From the NCBI GenBank assembly GCA_965197905.1, contig CBDAOB010000005.1:2464001-2528000 (forward strand): 64,000 bases of DNA, in the 5' to 3' direction. The notes below the pieces were generated by a model. The model had not been told where the DNA came from and made no database searches. It was given only the letters and a program-made list of their open reading frames with translations. A program made the translations under genes and the position numbers. Below are positions 21,674 through 31,743 of the stretch, in pieces. This DNA is from Candidatus Latescibacterota bacterium. GTDB taxonomy: Bacteria > Latescibacterota > UBA2968 > UBA8231. Every line of letters begins with the position of its first letter. Within the stretch, counting starts at the first letter, position 1.

Positions 21674-22458
21674 CTATTCGCCGCCTCCAGCCGCATCCTC
21701 ACCCGAGGGGCGCATCTTGGGAGCCAGGAACACGGAAAGCTTGTGCTCCACAATGCGCGGATTGTCGCCAGACTGTATGGCCATGATACCCTCGATGATC
21801 ATGCGTTTGGACAGGATTTCTTTCTTCGAATACGTACCCAGCTTCGCGGCAATCGGACCAAATAAGATGTTGGCCATGATGGCACCATACATCGTGGTCA
21901 GCAATGCAAGTGCAATGCAAGTGCCATGCCAGGACCGATAGCTGCGGGGTCGTCCATATTCTTGAGCATGATCACCAGCCCGACCAGGGTGCCTATCATT
22001 CCGAAGGCGGGGGCCGTGTCCGACATACGCGCGATGATATCCTGGCCCAGCTTATGCCGCTCTTCAATGAATTGGAGCTCGGTTTCGAGAATGTCCATGA
22101 TCAAATCCGGCTCGGTGCCGTCCACGGCGAGTCGTACCCCCTGGTTGAGGAACGCGTCATCCGCATCCTCCACCGCTTGCTCCAAGGCCAGGATTCCTTC
22201 CCGGCGCGCGGTCTCGGCAAATCCAACTATCTTCTCGATGAGCTCGGTCGGCACCGGGGTTTTGTTCATGATGGCGTTCATATAAACGCCTACCAGATTG
22301 ATCACCTCGGGCAACGGGTTGGCAATAAGCGTCGCAGCTATCGTTCCCCCGACGACGATCAGAATGGAGGGGACATCGATAAACGCCGACACGTCACCCA
22401 TGGCCACGACAATGAGGGTGAAGGCGGCAACGATTCCTATGATTGTTGCGATATCCAT
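21674..22458 (-). pseudogene. motA: Stator protein MotA, frameshifted by an 11-bp tandem duplication
   Basis: MDIATIIG, ARREGILALE, APAFGMIGTLVGL, GPGMALAL|LTTMYG. Confidence 0.93.
21901..21922. repeat. Perfect 11-bp tandem duplication (gcaatgcaagt x2)
   Basis: 21901-21911 is identical to 21912-21922. Confidence 0.95.
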
Positions 22459-22466
22459 AGTGTATT

Positions 22467-22676
22467 CTAGCTCTGTGAAGCCCCACTATACTGGGTCTGG
22501 TGGCACCGTTTGCGGTAATCTATGACCCGCTCGATCACCGTTTCCACCGGTTCGGTGACGGTGATCTTCTTGCCCGAGAGCAGTGTTATAATGGTATCGG
22601 GCACCGAATCGACGAACTCGATCATATCGGCGTTGATCACGAACTCGCTGTTATTGAGCCGCGTGAGTTTGATCAT
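22467..22676 (-). CDS. flbD: Flagellar protein FlbD
   Basis: MIKLTRLN...INADMIE...PDTIITL..GKK. Confidence 0.92.
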   Translation of the reverse strand: MIKLTRLNNSEFVINADMIEFVDSVPDTIITLLSGKKITVTEPVETVIERVIDYRKRCHQTQYSGASQS

Positions 22677-22719
22677 TATCCTGCTGGCCGGGAAAAACGA
22701 CTCGGCCCCTTTCCTATAA

Positions 22720-22748
22720 ATATCGGCCTAAATATCAATATCTACTGA
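22720..22748 (-). promoter_or_regulatory. Possible sigma28 promoter for flbD-motAB
   Basis: GCCGATAT -10 box (22727-22720) 44 nt upstream of flbD in an AT-rich gap; the -35 is weak. Confidence 0.45.
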
Positions 22749-22818
22749 ATATTATCATCGCCTGCGGGGATTTTCCCGGTCCCGACTAGAAAATCAGGCG
22801 TTACTCAAATATAACGAC

Positions 22819-24114
22819 CTACCGCTTCAAATTCACTAGCTCACTGAGTAGCTCGTCAGAGGTGGTGATGGTGCGAGCACTGGCTTGAAACCCGCGCTGA
22901 GAGAGAATCATATTGGTGAACTGCTCAGCCAGATCGACATTGGACAACTCTATCGCCCCCGAGTGAACACTGCCCTGAACCGTGCTTTCAGCGGCACCGG
23001 TTACGGCCTGACCCGAAGATTCGGTCTCGGTAAAAAGATTCTCGCCTTCGCGGCGCAGCCCTGCCGGGTTGCCGAAGGTGGCCAGGATCACCCTGCCCAA
23101 CTCCTCGGCGGTTCCGTTGCTGAACAAGCCAGTGATATTGCCATTGGACTGTATGTTCACGGATAACAGAGACCCCACCGAGCGGCCGTCCTGTTCCCGA
23201 ACCGACGCTGAGGACGGAGCGACGAACTGGGTGATCCCCCCAAGTCGATCGGTCCGATCTGCCACGATCTCGATCGCCAGGGGCGGGGCGCCGTTGGAGG
23301 GCGAGAAGCCGAGGGGTTGCCCGTCCGACGATACAAAGGTGCGCAGAGTGCCGTCATTGTTGAAGACGGCGCGACCATTGTTGCCCCGAGGCGGGTGTCA
23401 ATCCGTCGACGCTTGCCACCCAACTCCACTCATTATTGACGACACTGCGGGTAAAGGTCACGGTGAGCGAGTGGGATTCCCCCGTTTCATCGAAAACCTG
23501 GGTGTTGGTGCTGAACTCGAACGGGGGATCGCCACCAAATATCCCCGAGGTCGTAGCATCGGTAAGCCCATTGTCCAGCAGGGAGAAACTCACATCGAAC
23601 CCGGTGACGCGCGTCTGGCTGGCCCTCTCGGTGAGAATAATCTGACCGCTGCCTCCCGGATCGAGCGCCACATCAACCCCACCATAGACGTTACCCACCG
23701 CGGTGAACAGGTCGGCAAGGGTTGATGGTGGAGGACCATCGGTGTAGTTGAAGGTTCCGTCAAAACGCTCGCCGTTCGGCTTTACGCCGCTGATACGGAT
23801 GACATCGCCGCGGATGACGCTGGCGCCTGAGGTGACTGGAGGAGACAGGTCTTTGGCGACATTGGCCAGATCGTTTAGTTGATCGCCTACGGTGGCGTTA
23901 TCTCCGGTCGCGGCTGTATTTGTTGTAAACCCAAGGGAGCCAGCGACATTGTCGGGGGTTGCGTTATCCACCTGCACCGTGACGTTGGAACCTCCGGTCA
24001 CGGTCCGCAAGACCAATTGACCCAAATTGTTCGCCTGAAACAGCACCTTGTTCTTGAGGGCCCCGTTGGCATTGATAAGGGCGTTCATTTCTGCGACCAG
24101 CTCGAGTTGATCGG
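22819..24114 (-). CDS. flgE: Flagellar hook protein FlgE, exon 2 (with a +1 frameshift in the G4 run at 23384-23387)
   Basis: QVFDETGESHSLTVTF; after removing one G it reads SGNNGRAVFNNDG...; C-terminus ELSNVDLAEQFTNMILSQRGFQASARTITTSDELL. Confidence 0.9.
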
Positions 24115-24863
24115 GTAGGGTCGAGAACTGGCGCGCCAGCCTTAGGGTTCGGTGGGTTCCCCATGGCTTTCGCCATAGCCCTCAGTCCGACTCCCATCGC
24201 TACGTTTCCAGTTCCCGCCGCCTCAAACCGGACGTGCGGATCTCCCGCATCCGGCTTCCCGACGAACGTCACATCCAGGCACACGCCACAAGGACTTCAC
24301 CTGGTAGTCAAGCTGCTTCCGATGCATACTAGTCTTACTGCTGGAGGCAATAGGCTCACGCCACTCTCCAACCCTCTGCACTTCCGCAGCATGTCCGAAG
24401 TCAGGCCCCTTCCCTCCACCGGAGTTACCCGGCTTCCTCGGTACTACGCGCCTGTCCGCCACCTCATCCAGCCCAGTCTGGCCCTCGCGGGTTACCGGTT
24501 GGAGGCACTCGCTGCTTCCACCGGATGAGGCTTCCCGTGTTGCGCCACATCTCCTCTTACACACATGCTGTCGCCACTACCCCGGCGGAACAGCTGGGTG
24601 CGCTTGTCGCTCGACTTCCCCAGCTGCAGCGGCCTTCCCTGGTTTACGGGCAGGTCGGCTTCCGCATTACACTTTTCGAGGCCTGCTCAGCGTTTACTCA
24701 CGTTACGGCCTGTGTGCTCGCCAAGTCGCCCAAGGCGACCCTCTACACCGGAGGCTTCAGCGGCTTCGTCGCCTCCACCACTGCTCCGATTGCTACCGGC
24801 TGGAGCGACCCTTGCCGGGTGGGATTCGCACCCACTGAAGATGTGCGCCTTAGCACGGCGCAC
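24115..24863 (-). mobile_element. ORF-less group II intron (IIB-type ribozyme), 749 nt, inserted in flgE
   Basis: 5' GTGCG at 24863; 3' ...CTCGACCCTAC at 24115 with A at -7; domain V GAAGCCGGATGCGGGAGATCCGCACGTCCGGTTTG (24258-24224); domain III-like GTAGTACCGAGGAAGCCGGGTAACTCCGGTGGAGGGAAGGG; EBS1 CGTAAAC complementary to the exon end GTTTACG; no RT ORF. Confidence 0.95.
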
Positions 24864-25587
24864 CGTAAACTTTCGTGGGAATGTTTATCGTGCTCTCGCT
24901 TATTCTACCGCTGTCGTTGACGGTGATTTTCAGGCCGCCACTAGTATGTATGCTTAGATCGAGCGGAAAGGTGGGATTGGTGGTCGTCGTCAACCGCGCC
25001 GGCTTGCCGAAAACCGTGTTGGCGTTCCAGACCTTGCTGCCGCTGCCCTCAGCGCTGGCATCCAGATTTCCGGAGAGATTCACCTTGGCGGTGGCTTTGG
25101 CTTCCGACTCCCGGTCCAGTGGGATAATCAGATCCTCCAGCTCGGACTTGAAGGTGCCATCCTCATTGGCCACGTTGCCCTGAACAACCAGACCGGTACC
25201 GGGATCGTACAATCTGCCGGTGGCGTCGAATCCGAAGGTCCCGTCACGGGTGTAGAACCGATCCGGACCGGTTCCCATGATGAACATGCCGTCTCCTTCG
25301 ATCGCCAGGTCGGTCTCCACGCCCGTCGACTGGAGGGTCCCCTGGGTTACAATGGAGTCGATGCTACTCACCTTGACGCCGAGGCCGGATTGGATCGGAT
25401 TGGTCGCGGCCACCTGCCCCTGACCAGGTCCTCCTTCGCTGAGCGTCCTGCTCATGACATCGGCGAAATTGACGCGGCCCGCTTTGAAGGCGGTCGTGTT
25501 GATATTGGCCACGTTGTTGCCGATGACGTTGATTTTCGCTTGATGGGCGCGAACACCGGTGATTCCTGTAAAAATGGAGTCTAACAT
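24864..25587 (-). CDS. flgE: Flagellar hook protein FlgE, exon 1
   Basis: MLDSIFTGITG...IGNNVANINTTAFK, TDLAIEGDGMF, YTRDGTF, GNLD; RBS GAGGAG. Confidence 0.93.
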
Positions 25588-25737
25588 GCTAGCTACTCCT
25601 CATCCCAATTGGGTGGTTTGAAACCGCCCCTACCGTTCCTCGGGCGGCGGTTCCGATCCACTCACGACCCTCCTTGACCGATCTGTTGCCTGCTGGATGG
25701 TTCAATCTTGCTCGATTCATGTGTGACGTCTGTAACC

Positions 25738-26418
25738 TCAATTTTTCGGCGACGGCTGTACAATGCCGCTCAGTTCTTCGATTCTCAGTTCTCGTCCGTC
25801 CGCCCAGATCCTCGCTTCATTGCCAACGTAGCGCACCGCCTGGACGTCGACCCGCTTGAGTGCGTTTGCCTGCACCGGCTGGCCGCCGGAGGTCTCGGCG
25901 ATTACCAGCGCCCTATATGCACCCGCGGGCACCTCGCTGCCAGCGGTGCTCTTGCCGTCCCACTCCACCGTGCCGTAGGAGTCGGAGACATCGAGATCCA
26001 ACTCGCGCACGAGTGACCCGCGAGCATCTAGAATTCGCAAGCTTGCTTTGCTCGCCCCTTCGGCGATTCGATACGCCAGGTCATTAGCATCGTTGCCGTC
26101 GAACTCGATCTCCGCCGTGGCAATCTCGACGGTCTTTCCAACCAGAGACGTCACCAGGTTGTTCTGAAACGCATTGTGTAGTTGGGTCTCAGCTCCCAGG
26201 TTCTTTTCCAGTCCCGCGTTCATGTTCTGGAGCTGCTCTAGGGAGCTGAACTGCGCCATCTGGGCGATGAATTCGGTGTTCTCCATCGGATTCAGCGGAT
26301 CCTGATAACGCAACTGCACAGTGAGCAACTTGAGAAAATCGTCCTTGCCCAGCTGATCTCGCCCGACCACAGGTTGGGTCGCCGCCGGGCTCTTGTTCAA
26401 AATGCTGCTTACATCCAT
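25738..26418 (-). CDS. flgD: Hook capping protein FlgD
   Basis: LGKDDFLKLLTVQLRYQDPLNPMENTEFIAQMAQFSSLEQ; WDGK. Confidence 0.96.
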   Translation of the reverse strand: MDVSSILNKSPAATQPVVGRDQLGKDDFLKLLTVQLRYQDPLNPMENTEFIAQMAQFSSLEQLQNMNAGLEKNLGAETQLHNAFQNNLVTSLVGKTVEIATAEIEFDGNDANDLAYRIAEGASKASLRILDARGSLVRELDLDVSDSYGTVEWDGKSTAGSEVPAGAYRALVIAETSGGQPVQANALKRVDVQAVRYVGNEARIWADGRELRIEELSGIVQPSPKN

Positions 26419-26455
26419 TTCGACACCTCGTCAGATTTATTTGCGAATTCCATGG

Positions 26456-27538
26456 TCAAGCAAGAAGATCCAAGTCGCCGTTTCCAGCGCCGCGAACCAG
26501 GATTGGACTGCGCCTGTCCCTCTCAACGCCCTCCGCTGTGGCTTCCCGCGCACTCCCTCCGGAGAGATCGCCGCGAGTTTCCGAACCTTCTTCGCTGCGG
26601 GCAAACTGCCCTTCGCGACCTACACTGACGTCGAATCCTTCCATCGCCAGGCCTTGCTCTTCAAGCGACTCCCGCAGCTTATCCAGCTGCGCTTCGACCA
26701 GATGTTTCAGCTCTGAGTGCTGTACTACCACGTGACCGCGAACGGCTGATTCGGTAGTGCGCACCCGGAGCTCGATTTCACCCAGATCGGGCGGCTGGAG
26801 CTGCAGGCGCATCTCGGCGGCGCCGTTGCGAACCAGGGTCGCGATTCCCCGTGTAATCTGGGGCATGATAGTCTCCGCCAGCTCTTTCAACTGTGGGGCG
26901 CTGGCGGCGACCAACTGGCTCAGACGCGTCACGATCTGTCCCGGAGCTTTCTCGATGATCAGATCGGGATCCATAATCTCGTTGAAATCCAGCAACTCAA
27001 GCGGGTTCGGTTGGGGCCGCTGCAATGCCAGCTCGCCCGCCCCCCCTTCCTCCAGCTCGAAAGCCAGTTCCGTTGCCGCATCAGCCAGCAACCGGGCGGA
27101 CTCGCCCTGTTGCTCGTTCCCCTTGGGCGTGCTAACGATCAGAGCGGGATCGATTTTCTGAGCGGGCTGCTCGCCCTCGTTCTCGGGGTTCGCCTCCTCT
27201 GCCGCTACCGCGACTTGCAGCAGAGTAACCAGTGGCACATGACCTGACTCCGCATCCTCTGTGACCTCGGCGACCGCGTCTGCTTGCCCGTCATCACTTG
27301 GTTCGGCTGCGCCGTGCTCGTCGCGCTCAACAGCGACACCGGCGCGATCCTCCTGCGGGATGCGGTTGGTCGCCTTTGGATCGGCGTTGTCCCTTTCGGC
27401 GTGAAGATCCTGCTCTTCTTGTTCGCGCCGGAGAATCTCGTCGAAATCGAATGTGCCAACCCCATTTTGCCGGGACGGCTTGTCCAGCTCCTGAATTCCG
27501 GGCGCTACGGATGCCGCGGCTCCGAATATTTCGAACAT
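26456..27538 (-). CDS. fliK: Hook-length control protein FliK
   Basis: LQLQPPDLGEIELRV...LRESLEEQGL T3S4 domain. Confidence 0.9.
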   Translation of the reverse strand: MFEIFGAAASVAPGIQELDKPSRQNGVGTFDFDEILRREQEEQDLHAERDNADPKATNRIPQEDRAGVAVERDEHGAAEPSDDGQADAVAEVTEDAESGHVPLVTLLQVAVAAEEANPENEGEQPAQKIDPALIVSTPKGNEQQGESARLLADAATELAFELEEGGAGELALQRPQPNPLELLDFNEIMDPDLIIEKAPGQIVTRLSQLVAASAPQLKELAETIMPQITRGIATLVRNGAAEMRLQLQPPDLGEIELRVRTTESAVRGHVVVQHSELKHLVEAQLDKLRESLEEQGLAMEGFDVSVGREGQFARSEEGSETRGDLSGGSAREATAEGVERDRRSPILVRGAGNGDLDLLA

Positions 27539-27562
27539 CTATTTGCTCCTCAAACGTTTCAG

Positions 27563-28018
27563 CTATTCGCGTTCGTTCCGTCGACGCAGGTACAGCTGTG
27601 TGCCAACGTCGTCCAGCAGTCTCCGTTCCTGCCGCTTTTGTTCACGCTTGTAGGTTTCCTCCCTCTGCTCCCTCAGGATCTCGAACACGCGACGTTCCTT
27701 GGTCGCCTCCATCAAATCCTTCCGCTTCTCTTCAACCACTGATTCCACCTGTCGGATCTGCTCTTGTTTTTCGCCACATTCCCGTTTCAGCCGCTGCAGG
27801 TAGGATGCCTGCACATCGAGCAGGTTGGCGTTTACCGGAGCCGCCGGTTGGAAACGACCGGCCTGCAGACATCGCCTGCGTGTATCCTGCAGATCCCTGA
27901 GAGTCTCTTCTTCCCGATTGAGAACCGACACCACCTCTCCGAGGGCTGCTTTGCGAGCATCTTCCATGCGTCCCTTGATCTCCAGGACCCGCTGAAAGCG
28001 ATACGCGAACTGCCTCAT
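27563..28018 (-). CDS. fliJ: Flagellar export protein FliJ
   Basis: FAYRFQRVLEIK...EQKRQERRLLDD; follows fliI. Confidence 0.9.
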   Translation of the reverse strand: MRQFAYRFQRVLEIKGRMEDARKAALGEVVSVLNREEETLRDLQDTRRRCLQAGRFQPAAPVNANLLDVQASYLQRLKRECGEKQEQIRQVESVVEEKRKDLMEATKERRVFEILREQREETYKREQKRQERRLLDDVGTQLYLRRRNERE

Positions 28019-28025
28019 GAATCAA

Positions 28026-29354
28026 TCAAGCGACTTCCGCCTCGCCGCGCGGCTGGAGAAGACCCAGCAATTGCTGCACGTGCTGACCCATGTTCGATCC
28101 CGCATCAAGCCCCTGTCGCAAGAAATCGTTGATCGGATCTATAAACTCGAGCGCTCTGTCGATTTGCGGATTGCTGCCCCGCGCGTAAGCCCCGATGCTT
28201 ACGAGATCCTCCGCTTCCTGATACGCCGCCACGATCGACTTCACCTCCACTGCCTGCTCTATGTGCTCGGCGCTGGCCACGTCCCTCATGGCGCGGCTGA
28301 TACTCTCGCCGATGTCCACCGGCGGGTAGTGTCCTCTTGACGCCAGGCGTCGCGACAGCACAATGTGGCCGTCCAGCAGGGCGCGACTGGAATCGGCAAT
28401 CGGATCGTCGAGATCGTCTCCTTCGACGAGCACCGTGTAAAGCCCAGTGATGCTCCCCGTCTGGGTTGTACCGACTCGCTCCAGCAATTTCGGCAACATG
28501 GCGAAGACCGAGGGTGTATATCCCTTGGTAGTAGGAGGCTCTCCTGCCGCCAACCCGATCTCTCGCTGAGCCATCGCCATGCGTGTCAGTGAATCCATCA
28601 TCAACATTACGTCATTGCCGTCATCGCGGAAGTATTCGGCGATCGTCGTCGCCACCAGCGCCGCTTTTAGCCGGATCAGCGCCGGCTGATCCGAGGTGGC
28701 TACTACAACTACGGAGCGATTTAGGCCGTCTTCTCCGAGGCTGTCCTCGATAAATTCGATGACCTCCTTGCCGCGTTCCCCGACCAGGGCGATCACGTTG
28801 ACATCGGCTTCCGAATTACGGGCGATCATTCCCAGCAGGGTGCTCTTCCCGACACCGCTACCGGCGAAAATCCCCATACGTTGTCCCTTGCCCAGAGTCA
28901 TGAGACCGTCGATGGATCGGACTCCCGTGCCCAACGGTTCGCTCAAACGGCGGCGGCTCAACGGATCCGGTGATGGATTGTGCGCATTCCGGCGTTCCCT
29001 TGCATGTATCTGCCCTCGACCGTCCAGTGGGTTGCCCAGACCGTTGAGAATGCGCCCCCTCAACTCTCTGCCAACCGCGATCTGCAGTGGCGACCGCGTC
29101 GGAAACACAGCCGTTCCCGGCCGTATGCCTTCGATTTCTCCCAGCGGGGTCAAGAGGACGCGACTGCCATTGAACCCGACGACCTCCGCGCGGATGCCGC
29201 CTCGTGCCGGATCCCCCAAATAACAGAGCTCTCCGAGAGCCACATCTTCCGGGCCGACAGCCTCAACGATCAAGCCGACGATCTGCCTCACCTTGCCGTA
29301 GCGCGTGCGCGGATCGACCGTCTCTATGGTCTGCAGCAGCTCACTCGTGTTCAT
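28026..29354 (-). CDS. fliI: Flagellum-specific ATPase FliI
   Basis: GSGVGKST, LVGERGKEV, MMDSLTR, GEPPTTKGY, LDGHIVLSR. Confidence 0.97.
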   Translation of the reverse strand: MNTSELLQTIETVDPRTRYGKVRQIVGLIVEAVGPEDVALGELCYLGDPARGGIRAEVVGFNGSRVLLTPLGEIEGIRPGTAVFPTRSPLQIAVGRELRGRILNGLGNPLDGRGQIHARERRNAHNPSPDPLSRRRLSEPLGTGVRSIDGLMTLGKGQRMGIFAGSGVGKSTLLGMIARNSEADVNVIALVGERGKEVIEFIEDSLGEDGLNRSVVVVATSDQPALIRLKAALVATTIAEYFRDDGNDVMLMMDSLTRMAMAQREIGLAAGEPPTTKGYTPSVFAMLPKLLERVGTTQTGSITGLYTVLVEGDDLDDPIADSSRALLDGHIVLSRRLASRGHYPPVDIGESISRAMRDVASAEHIEQAVEVKSIVAAYQEAEDLVSIGAYARGSNPQIDRALEFIDPINDFLRQGLDAGSNMGQHVQQLLGLLQPRGEAEVA

Positions 29355-30126
29355 CCTCTTCGGCATCCTCTTTAGCTAGGGCGCCCTGTACGGCAGCCCT
29401 CAATACCTCGACCTGGCTTTCCAGCCGAGCGTCCAAGTTCTCTTCGTCGCCTTCGATCATGCACCCGCCGCGGGACACATGCTCGCTCGCCTGCACCTTG
29501 AAAACCGCGGTCGCCTCCACCTTCTCGACCCACCGCTGCGAAAACCTGCGCGCCAGCTGAAGGTCTTGTGGATGGACCTTGATCAACAGGTTGCTGTGAT
29601 CGCCCAGGTGGCCAAGTGCGTCTTTGATCACCGTTACGAGTACCCGGCGATCCACCTCCGCCTGGAGCCCCGTAATGCGATGAGCGAGAGCGCAGGTCAG
29701 TTCCAGCACTGCACCCTCCGAATCCGCAATCACCTGGGCCCGCTCGGCTTCCAGCGAGCGATGTAGAGCGTCCAGGCGTTCGATCGCTTCCCTAGCTTCG
29801 TCTTCCTTTGAGGTTACACCTTCCTGGTAACCTTCGTCGTACCGCTGCTGTCGGACTTCCTCCAGTTGTTGACGCCAGCGTTCTTCCGTCTCCTCTAATT
29901 CCTTTTTGGCTCCCTCCTTCAGGCTCTCCGTCTCTTGCCGGAGACGGTCTTCCCATTCCTTGGCAACTTCCTTGCGCGCCTTTTCCACCCGCTCGTCTAT
30001 CAGGGCAAAGAGGTTGATTCCGCGATCACCAGCCTCGTCCTCTTCCTCCCCGAACAGCTCGAATTCCCCAAAGTCAAGCGTTACGGCGGTCTCTGACAAG
30101 CGCCCGCTTCGAATAATCTTTGACAC
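29341..30126 (-). CDS. fliH: Flagellar assembly protein FliH
   Basis: EGYQEG repeat, KVHPQDL, RGGCMIE. Confidence 0.92.
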   Translation of the reverse strand: MSKIIRSGRLSETAVTLDFGEFELFGEEEDEAGDRGINLFALIDERVEKARKEVAKEWEDRLRQETESLKEGAKKELEETEERWRQQLEEVRQQRYDEGYQEGVTSKEDEAREAIERLDALHRSLEAERAQVIADSEGAVLELTCALAHRITGLQAEVDRRVLVTVIKDALGHLGDHSNLLIKVHPQDLQLARRFSQRWVEKVEATAVFKVQASEHVSRGGCMIEGDEENLDARLESQVEVLRAAVQGALAKEDAEEDEHE

Positions 30127-30198
30127 GTCCTTGTTTCCCCGCTTTGAGTGAAGTGCGTTGCCGTCAAGTATACCAAATTGCAGACGGGCGACGCACCA

Positions 30199-31723
30199 CT
30201 AACCTCCGCCTTCCTCCATGAGCATTGTGCGGACCAGCTTCGCCGCGTCTTCCGGACGCTCCCGTACCATTCCCTGGATGCGGCTCAACAGCAACTCGTG
30301 CGGCGTCTCGGGTCGTTCGAACTCTTCCTCTTCGACGTCGTCATCGACGACACCCATCATCTCCACCTCTTCCTCGACTCCGACGCCGCGACCGATGGCC
30401 TGGATGATGAAACGCAGGGTGATGAGCGCCGCAATGATACCAAGAATCTTTGCCACGTTTATGGCGATGTCGGTCCAGAAATCGGCGGTCTGTTCCTGTT
30501 CGGCCTCTTCCTTGGCTCTGATTTCCTGGGTTTTGTCGAATTCCATCGCGAAGACCGTCATCTTGTCGCCCCGGCCCTCGTCATATCCGATCGCTTCCTT
30601 GGCCAGCGCCGCCAGCTGGTCGATCTCCTCCAGCTTCCTCGCTTCCTCAACGTAGTCCCGGGTCTCAGGATCGAGCACTACTTTTGTCTTGTCGACGGTC
30701 AGTGCCATTGAAATCCGATCGATGCTGCCGACGGAGCCGATTACGTTTTGTAGCGTGCGGTTGACTTCGTAGTTCCGTACGGCCTGCTCTTCCGAACCCT
30801 GTTCCGCGGAGCTCTTTTCGTTGGTTTCCTCACTGATGATCACCTGTTGCGTGCCCGGCTCCACCAGGGTGCGTTGGGTATTCTTCTGGCTGAAATCGAG
30901 GACGACATTGATGCGCACCCGGGACCGATCCTTGCCGATCACCTGGTCCATCAAGGTCTGGACCTTCTTTTCGAGGGCCCGTTCCACCTGTTGCTTGAGT
31001 TGAAACTGCTTGTTGGCGACTTGTGCCAGCGGGTCGCGCTCGTCGGAGAGGAGATTGCCCTCGTTGTCGACGATGACCACGTTCTCGAAATCGAGTCCTT
31101 CGACGCTTGCGCTTATGAGGTAGGCAATGGCATTGACCTGTTTGGTCTTGAGTCGCGTTTCGCCCTGAAGGGTGAGCGCCACCGATGCGGTGACCGGATT
31201 CTGCTCTTCCACGAACAGACTGGGCTCGGGGATTACCAGATGTACGCGAACGTCGCCGACCCCCTCGATCTCGTTGAGCGTCGACTCCAGCTCCTGCTGC
31301 AAGGCCCTTTGGAAATTGACCTTTTGCAGAAAATCGGTCATGGCCAGCTGGGCTTCGTCGAAAATCTCGAACCCCATGCGACCCGTTCTGGGGAATCCTT
31401 CCCCTGCCAGCTGAAGACGCAGATCGCGGACCTCGTCGTCCGGCACCAGAATGGCGCTGGCATCGGTTGTCAGCTTGTGGCGAATGCCGAGCTCGGCCAG
31501 ACGGTTGCTGATCTGGGCGGCTTCCTTGAATTCCAGATTGGCGTACAGAATGGCGCCGTCCCAGTCATCGTCTGCCCCGCCAAAGGAGAGAAATCCAACG
31601 ACGACGCCGACTATTAGAACTGCCACGCCACCCATGACACCGTAACGCTGTACCTGGCTGGCTTCGCCCCACATCGCGCGGGGTCCGCTCGGCTACATTT
31701 GTAATACCTTCAGGAAGATTCAT
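30199..31723 (-). CDS. fliF: MS-ring protein FliF; probable true start ATG 31723 with a +1 frameshift in the C4 run (31680-31683)
   Basis: LYANL, GFEIFD, RALQQELESTL, VHLVIPE..SLF, RNYEV; ATG 31723 is 49 nt upstream of the ORF ATG at 31674. Confidence 0.9.
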
Positions 31724-31743
31724 CTAGTCCTTTTGAACCCTTG

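Noticed and set aside
23384..23387. Programmed frameshifting in flgE and other split genes
   Set aside because: No canonical slippery heptamers or stimulators; mutation or sequencing error is simpler
23964..24957. Short ORFs in and around the intron (e.g. 23964-24284, 24223-24564, 24525-24920)
   Set aside because: No RT or maturase motifs; chance ORFs over ribozyme sequence
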